A stretch of 32,000 nucleotides of DNA from Desulfosporosinus metallidurans. GTDB lineage: Bacteria > Bacillota > Desulfitobacteriia > Desulfitobacteriales > Desulfitobacteriaceae. The stretch lies in the NCBI RefSeq assembly GCF_001936615.1, contig NZ_MLBF01000025.1, positions 17,824 to 49,823 on the forward strand, read 5' to 3'. Shown here piece after piece: positions 27,412 through 32,000 of the stretch. Position 1 is the first letter of the stretch. The number at the start of each line of letters is the position of its first letter. The notes beneath the pieces are model-generated. The model was given only the letters and a program-made list of their open reading frames with translations. It did no database searches and had not been told where the DNA came from. A program made the position numbers and the translations under genes.

Positions 27412-27656
27412 AATGAACCATCCTCTATGAGATATGTACTATAAATCGGCCACTTTACCTATGGACTATTTACACTCATACTTATGGCTACGCACCCTTC
27501 CTTCTAGAACGAAGTATAACAAATACTACAGACATAAGTTTGTGCTATACTGTACTATTTACGTTAAATCTCCCATTATACAAGTTTGCAGAAAATCAAT
27601 TGTTATTGACTAAACTTATAAAATGTTCAAATCCCCCAGGCAATCACTTCTAAATA

Positions 27657-27731
27657 CTTTCAACAGTATTTCTACATTTCCTCCTAAGATCAGTAAAAAT
27701 AATCCAAGATAAAACAAAAAGGCCAGACCGT
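27657..27731. repeat. Right copy of the diverged direct repeat (partner at 7855-7961)
   Basis: CTTTCAAC 27657-27664, TCTACAT 27671-27677, TTTCCTCCTAAGATC 27677-27691, then TCCAAGATAAAACAAAAAGGCCAGACCGTC. Confidence 0.7.
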
Positions 27732-27749
27732 CAATAATAACGTTCCGGC
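27709..27749 (-). terminator. Probable Rho-independent terminator after the 171-aa ORF
   Basis: In minus sense, GCCGGAAC-gttattattgac-GGTCTGGC (7 of 8 pairs, including one G-U) is followed by CTTTTTGTTTTAT. Confidence 0.45.
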
Positions 27750-27775
27750 TATCACCTATGCACGCCAAAATCGTG

Positions 27776-28291
27776 TTACATTTCGCGTGCAGTCATACCC
27801 GCGCGATGCTGCTCATCTAACGACACATCCGCTAAGACATGTAAATAACGGATTGGGCTATTACCCTGTGAAGTTGTGTGCTCTGACTCGAAGTGAGGAA
27901 TAATACCCACATATGGAACAAGATTCAATGTTTCAGCTGAGCGGATAGTAACAAGAGGTAATGCGCCATCATTCCAATCGTTCATATTCCGAACCATGGT
28001 CGTATAGTCGTTCCAGACTGTTTTCCAGTTGGAAGCCCCACACCAAATCAGTTGAAAGTACAGAAGACAATCCGTTGGATCATACCCGCGCACTTTCAGG
28101 ATATGGGATTTGGTGTATTGACGATTAATACCTTCCAATCGAATAGCTTCACACACTGCTAAACGACGACTATTCTCGGATATGACAACATCAGGCTCGC
28201 CATGTCCTCTCTCACCTTTTCTCTGGACTCCTCCGGTCACGCCTAAATAAGATTGAAATTCCGTATTCCACCCAAGTCCACCGCAAAACAA
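27776..28291 (-). CDS. PD-(D/E)xK-like nuclease-fold ORF, probably the -1-frame C-terminal part of the upstream 964-aa gene
   Basis: GHGEPDVVIS-(9 aa)-AVCEAIRLEG is a D...E.(K/R)-like arrangement. The only start is a TTG with no SD, and there is no internal Met for about 100 codons. It overlaps the 964-aa ORF by 49 nt. Confidence 0.45.
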   Translation of the reverse strand: MFCGGLGWNTEFQSYLGVTGGVQRKGERGHGEPDVVISENSRRLAVCEAIRLEGINRQYTKSHILKVRGYDPTDCLLYFQLIWCGASNWKTVWNDYTTMVRNMNDWNDGALPLVTIRSAETLNLVPYVGIIPHFESEHTTSQGNSPIRYLHVLADVSLDEQHRAGMTAREM

Positions 28292-31137
28292 CTTAGTATA
28301 TGAGAATCCTCATTTGCAATTTGGTCATTACGGATCAAATATGGAGCATATTCTCGCACCTGTTGACACGATTTGAGCACAAGAATCTGAATCAGCCTTT
28401 CATACGTAAAATCCTCCGAACGGAAATAAGCTCGAGCTTTTGCATTAGGATCTGGAAGTGTCGCCAACCGTGCAAGTGCATCAGCGATATCCTGCCACAT
28501 CCACGGGGAATGCGTCACTTCCCCCGGTAACACATCGGAGTTGGTATGTTCTTCAATTTGCATTTGGTACCTTACAAGTTCCGGATTACTCTCGTGCCGA
28601 ACCTGGAATTCTTCTATCAAATGTATCGCTTCTTGCCAATGCTGTTTACGAAACAAGACCTCTAATCGAGTTAGACTCACCGAGAATTGTTGTTGTAATA
28701 GCTCTGGCAAGCTACGGAATGTGGACCAATATTCCTCCCAGTTCTTGAGCACAATGAAAAGATACAGAACGTTAACCGTGGCAAGAATATTATGAGGCGT
28801 AACCGCTTCGGTGACACGACCTATTAATTTAGTTGCAAAGGATTTTGCTTCTAATATACTTTGGCTCTCTATAACTTCAGATTCATCGAACTGGCCAAAA
28901 TACCGTACATAGGCGGCAACCAGGTTAATGAGATAACTATATTCACCGGGATAATGACTGTGTAGATGACGAAAATCATTAATTGCCTGCGTTAACTCGT
29001 GACGCCCGCCCCGTTCGAAATGGACCAACGCCTTATAAAACTGTCTCGTAACCTCGAAATTCTCACGGCTACTGATTCTGTCTGGGGGAAGAGTTTGTTC
29101 GACAGTGTCAAAATTTCTCTCCGCAAACGCGAGGTGAAGACGAATGCGATAAGACCATTCAACCCACCCAGGTATACAACGCTCCCTACCTACTGGCTCA
29201 TAATGATTATAGAGGCTGCTTGCTCTCTCCACAAAGGCAGGTACGCGAGTAGCCAGTAGCTCAGAAATTGTACTTTGCACCTCTGACAGACTATGATGCG
29301 AGGATGACTCGTCGGATGTCACACGCAATAATCGATGCTGTATAGTCTCTCTGTCAATCGGATTAGCCAAATGATTAAAAATCACAGCTAAACGTCTGGC
29401 ATCAGTTGTAGATTCAGCAAAAGCTTCGAGTGTGCGACTTCGTTCATCTGCGGGGAGTCGGTTGATTGCGTCGGTAAGTACCACTAATAAAGGCTCTACA
29501 TCTGTAGGAACACTCTGAAAAGCATTCGCTTCAATCATCCATGAGAAGGCGTCAACGGTGGACTCCTCCAAGAAGTCATCCTGTTGAAATGCTCGGAAAC
29601 ACTGCACCAGGGCATCCGAAACATCACGTAACACTACGGGGTCTGAAATATTGCGCGCCATATAGGCTAGCCAACGTAAGTGGATTCGAATTTTTTGCCT
29701 CCTGACATAAACCGACGACGGATCATCTATAAGTGTTCCGTTAGCAATGGATAGTGTGCTCGCCCATTCGGACACGTGACGATCTCGCATGTATAGCCCA
29801 GCTGCAATCCACCCTTCATGCGCAACGTATGATTCGGTATCTGAAGAGAGGTGTGCCAGTTCAGTTCGAATGACGTTACGATAAGCGGCAAAGAGGTACC
29901 TATAAAGTCTGTCTGAAATAGCAGGATATTCGTATGTAACCTTTGAACATAACCATAGAATAATGTCCCAGTAAGGGGATTCAAGCTTTGACTCAATAGG
30001 ATCTAACGCTAACTTAACCATATCAAAAATGGATGGAAAGACTGCGCTGATAAACGATTCCTGTGTGTTACTGTATCGTTGCATCACTTGTAGTAGTTCG
30101 CAAAAGCTCTGATATTGCATTGTCTGTCTTTGAAGTTGGACTCCAGATCTCGTTACGCGATGTGTGAATGTTCGATGCTGTTTTACGAGCCACCCGATAA
30201 CATCAACAATGAACCTGCTCTCCTCATTAACATCATTCATGCCCTTGAGAATTACTCCGATGAATGCCAGACCTTCGTTCCATAGAATTTCCATTGAATC
30301 GATTGATTCAGATAGAGTGAACTTGGAAAGCAACAATGTGCCGATCAAGGCTGTTTGGGTTCTGGATAAAAGATGAGCGATGAGCTCAGGTATAGACTCT
30401 CTGCACGCCATAGACAGTGCTCGATAAATAAATGGACGCTCTGGCATCCCCTGCATCAATTTCCAAAAACATTCCCGTTTTAAACTATCTCCGGAACCAA
30501 TACCTTCACCAACAAATAGACACAATATCAGAAAATGATAAGAACCCCGTGCATCGTCCACAAACATGGATGGGTCCAATCGAGGATTTTCGTATTGGTA
30601 CAGACGTTCTTCTTCTGAATTCAAATTTGGCAGCCAGGACATGACCTCTTCGTCCAACAAAAGTCGTCCGTTCATTGTCGCTAACTCCGCGCCAAACTTA
30701 CGTTTTTCCCATTCCCAATCCTGTAAATCCCTTTCGTCAAGTATTTGAATAAGGCAAGCATCAAGAAAATTCGATCGGGGAAAGGCAGACATATAATTGA
30801 GGAAGTCGAAGGAAGGTCTCAAAAACTCCGTACGATCATACCACCATGAAAGTCTATCCATTTTTTCTGATGGACCTGCATTGTAATCCTCCCAAAGCTG
30901 AGAGCAAAGGCGTGAAGCGTACATTTGGAGATGTTTAGAGTGGCGATTCAGGGTAAACACCGATCTCCCAGCGATATGAACACTGTCAACAAGTGCGTTA
31001 CGAATGAACCAGTCTTCGTTTGGGGCACTGGGATACCGTAAACGATGGCTATTCAGAATATCTTTGAAACTCGAAATTTCAAATTTGCGTTCATCTGGAT
31101 AGGGAGTATTTTTCATCATCTGTAGAAATCCACGCAT
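28243..31137 (-). CDS. Large (964 aa) predominantly helical protein of unknown function, with a TPR-like C-terminal third
   Basis: Long uninterrupted ORF with no P-loop or other catalytic motif that I can recognise. Helical-repeat character, e.g. FYKALVHFERGGRHELTQAINDFRHLHSHYPGEYSYLINLVAAYV. Confidence 0.7.
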   Translation of the reverse strand: MRGFLQMMKNTPYPDERKFEISSFKDILNSHRLRYPSAPNEDWFIRNALVDSVHIAGRSVFTLNRHSKHLQMYASRLCSQLWEDYNAGPSEKMDRLSWWYDRTEFLRPSFDFLNYMSAFPRSNFLDACLIQILDERDLQDWEWEKRKFGAELATMNGRLLLDEEVMSWLPNLNSEEERLYQYENPRLDPSMFVDDARGSYHFLILCLFVGEGIGSGDSLKRECFWKLMQGMPERPFIYRALSMACRESIPELIAHLLSRTQTALIGTLLLSKFTLSESIDSMEILWNEGLAFIGVILKGMNDVNEESRFIVDVIGWLVKQHRTFTHRVTRSGVQLQRQTMQYQSFCELLQVMQRYSNTQESFISAVFPSIFDMVKLALDPIESKLESPYWDIILWLCSKVTYEYPAISDRLYRYLFAAYRNVIRTELAHLSSDTESYVAHEGWIAAGLYMRDRHVSEWASTLSIANGTLIDDPSSVYVRRQKIRIHLRWLAYMARNISDPVVLRDVSDALVQCFRAFQQDDFLEESTVDAFSWMIEANAFQSVPTDVEPLLVVLTDAINRLPADERSRTLEAFAESTTDARRLAVIFNHLANPIDRETIQHRLLRVTSDESSSHHSLSEVQSTISELLATRVPAFVERASSLYNHYEPVGRERCIPGWVEWSYRIRLHLAFAERNFDTVEQTLPPDRISSRENFEVTRQFYKALVHFERGGRHELTQAINDFRHLHSHYPGEYSYLINLVAAYVRYFGQFDESEVIESQSILEAKSFATKLIGRVTEAVTPHNILATVNVLYLFIVLKNWEEYWSTFRSLPELLQQQFSVSLTRLEVLFRKQHWQEAIHLIEEFQVRHESNPELVRYQMQIEEHTNSDVLPGEVTHSPWMWQDIADALARLATLPDPNAKARAYFRSEDFTYERLIQILVLKSCQQVREYAPYLIRNDQIANEDSHILSCFAVDLGGIRNFNLI

Positions 31138-31535
31138 AGAGTCGTTCCCTTAAAATTCCCTATGAGGAGACAGCGTAAGTGGTGAGGAAAGTACCACTGA
31201 TTCCAAACAATCCGGATCAAGCCGTCTCGAACCATTTCATCAAAATTGATATTAGCACCGTCGTACTTGGCATTGTACACCTGCAATGCGTCCACAAAAT
31301 TTTGAGCAGAACGAGGATCTGGAGAAGGGTTTAGCTTTTGGAGAAATGTTAAAAGTAATACATCCAAGCCCCAACCGACTATCTCAGATCCATCTAATTC
31401 ATCGAAGAGGTTGGCGCTATGCATCGGCTGTGAATATCTTCTGAGCCGCACGGCAAACTCGCCGACCGCCTGGTTGCGGGAGAGTGAGATGTGTTGAATT
31501 TTATGTTCCAAATCGTAGCGATTCAAGAGTTCCAC
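31116..31535 (-). CDS. Hypothetical protein (139 aa), possibly the remnant of a longer decayed gene
   Basis: GTG start, and the stop overlaps the next gene. An in-frame TAA lies only 6 codons upstream of the GTG, with protein-like sequence before it. Confidence 0.4.
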   Translation of the reverse strand: MELLNRYDLEHKIQHISLSRNQAVGEFAVRLRRYSQPMHSANLFDELDGSEIVGWGLDVLLLTFLQKLNPSPDPRSAQNFVDALQVYNAKYDGANINFDEMVRDGLIRIVWNQWYFPHHLRCLLIGNFKGTTLCVDFYR

Positions 31536-32000
31536 CCCATTCCAATCTACTTACAGCCCAAATTTTATATAATCTGGAGGGAGATTCACTAAATCCATCA
31601 ATACCGTCCTATCACCGGCCGCAGGGAAAGGCGATGGTGAGATCAACTATCCATAATTATATAACACAAGTAGAACTGTGTGATCCAGCTATTTCCGGTA
31701 GACATGCTATTTCACATAATTGGGGCACGGCAAAGAAAGCAGCTTACGGCTGTTTGAAGCCTGTTACAACAAACCGATTTCGAAGAGCCTACCGTCATCT
31801 CGGGTACAGCATCGTGCTCACCGAGCACATTCTGGCACAAGTCACCCATACGCCGGAGGGTAGCTTTCGTGCATATCTTCCTATAGCATTATAATTATGA
31901 CAATTACTCTATTATGTGTCCCCCATCTAATTTGAACAACGTCTGTAATATTCCCTTAATCTCTGCTTGCACCAATATCTACTCCCGAGCCATTTGAAAA

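Noticed and set aside
27435-27562. Three copies of (T/G)G(T/G)ACTAT(T/A)(T/A)A(C/T) in the brxA leader (27435, 27463, 27551), including the exact 9-mer ACTATTTAC twice, considered as operator sites
   Set aside because: These are short AT-rich words in an AT-rich 360-nt spacer. A repeated 9-mer is not very improbable by chance, and no regulator gene is nearby.
31484-31894. 136-aa plus-strand ORF
   Set aside because: The composition is not protein-like (R/H/P/T-rich, no motif), it overlaps the start of the 139-aa minus-strand ORF, and it has no RBS. It is more likely a chance open frame in relatively GC-rich decayed sequence.

Overview
The window looks like a low-GC Firmicute chromosome segment (AGGAGG-type RBSs, TTG/GTG starts). 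Nt 1-4815 carry housekeeping genes: a PhnB-like VOC protein, a PlsC-family acyltransferase, ung and an FMN reductase. A compact group II intron (RT/maturase ORF 386-1816, minus strand) sits directly after a terminator-like hairpin. From about 4.9 kb to the end, all credible genes are on the minus strand and the region reads as a mobile-element-associated defence island. In order, it contains: (1) a ~400-bp composite inverted repeat built from 22-23-nt units; (2) a Tn7-type transposon end (TGT plus three AGTTGTGAACT repeats); (3) a Dodola-like pair (DUF6414-like protein plus ClpB-like AAA+ ATPase); (4) an S1-domain ORF; (5) a TnsD/TniQ target-selector gene broken by a -1 frame change at an A7 run; (6) a BREX locus, brxA-brxB-brxC-pglX-pglZ, that lacks brxL and ends in an SNF2 (BrxHII-like) helicase, with a separately promoted ABC-type ATPase plus PD-(D/E)xK gene pair wedged between pglZ and the helicase; (7) upstream of BREX, a three-ORF cluster of a 139-aa ORF, a 964-aa all-helical protein and a PD-(D/E)xK-like ORF in the -1 frame. 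I saw no tnsABC, integrase, rRNA, tRNA or CRISPR array. The best candidates for something undescribed are the ATPase/nuclease pair embedded in BREX, the TnsD-S1 arrangement, and the 964-aa plus nuclease cluster. All family assignments come from motif recognition by eye and need HMM or structure confirmation.
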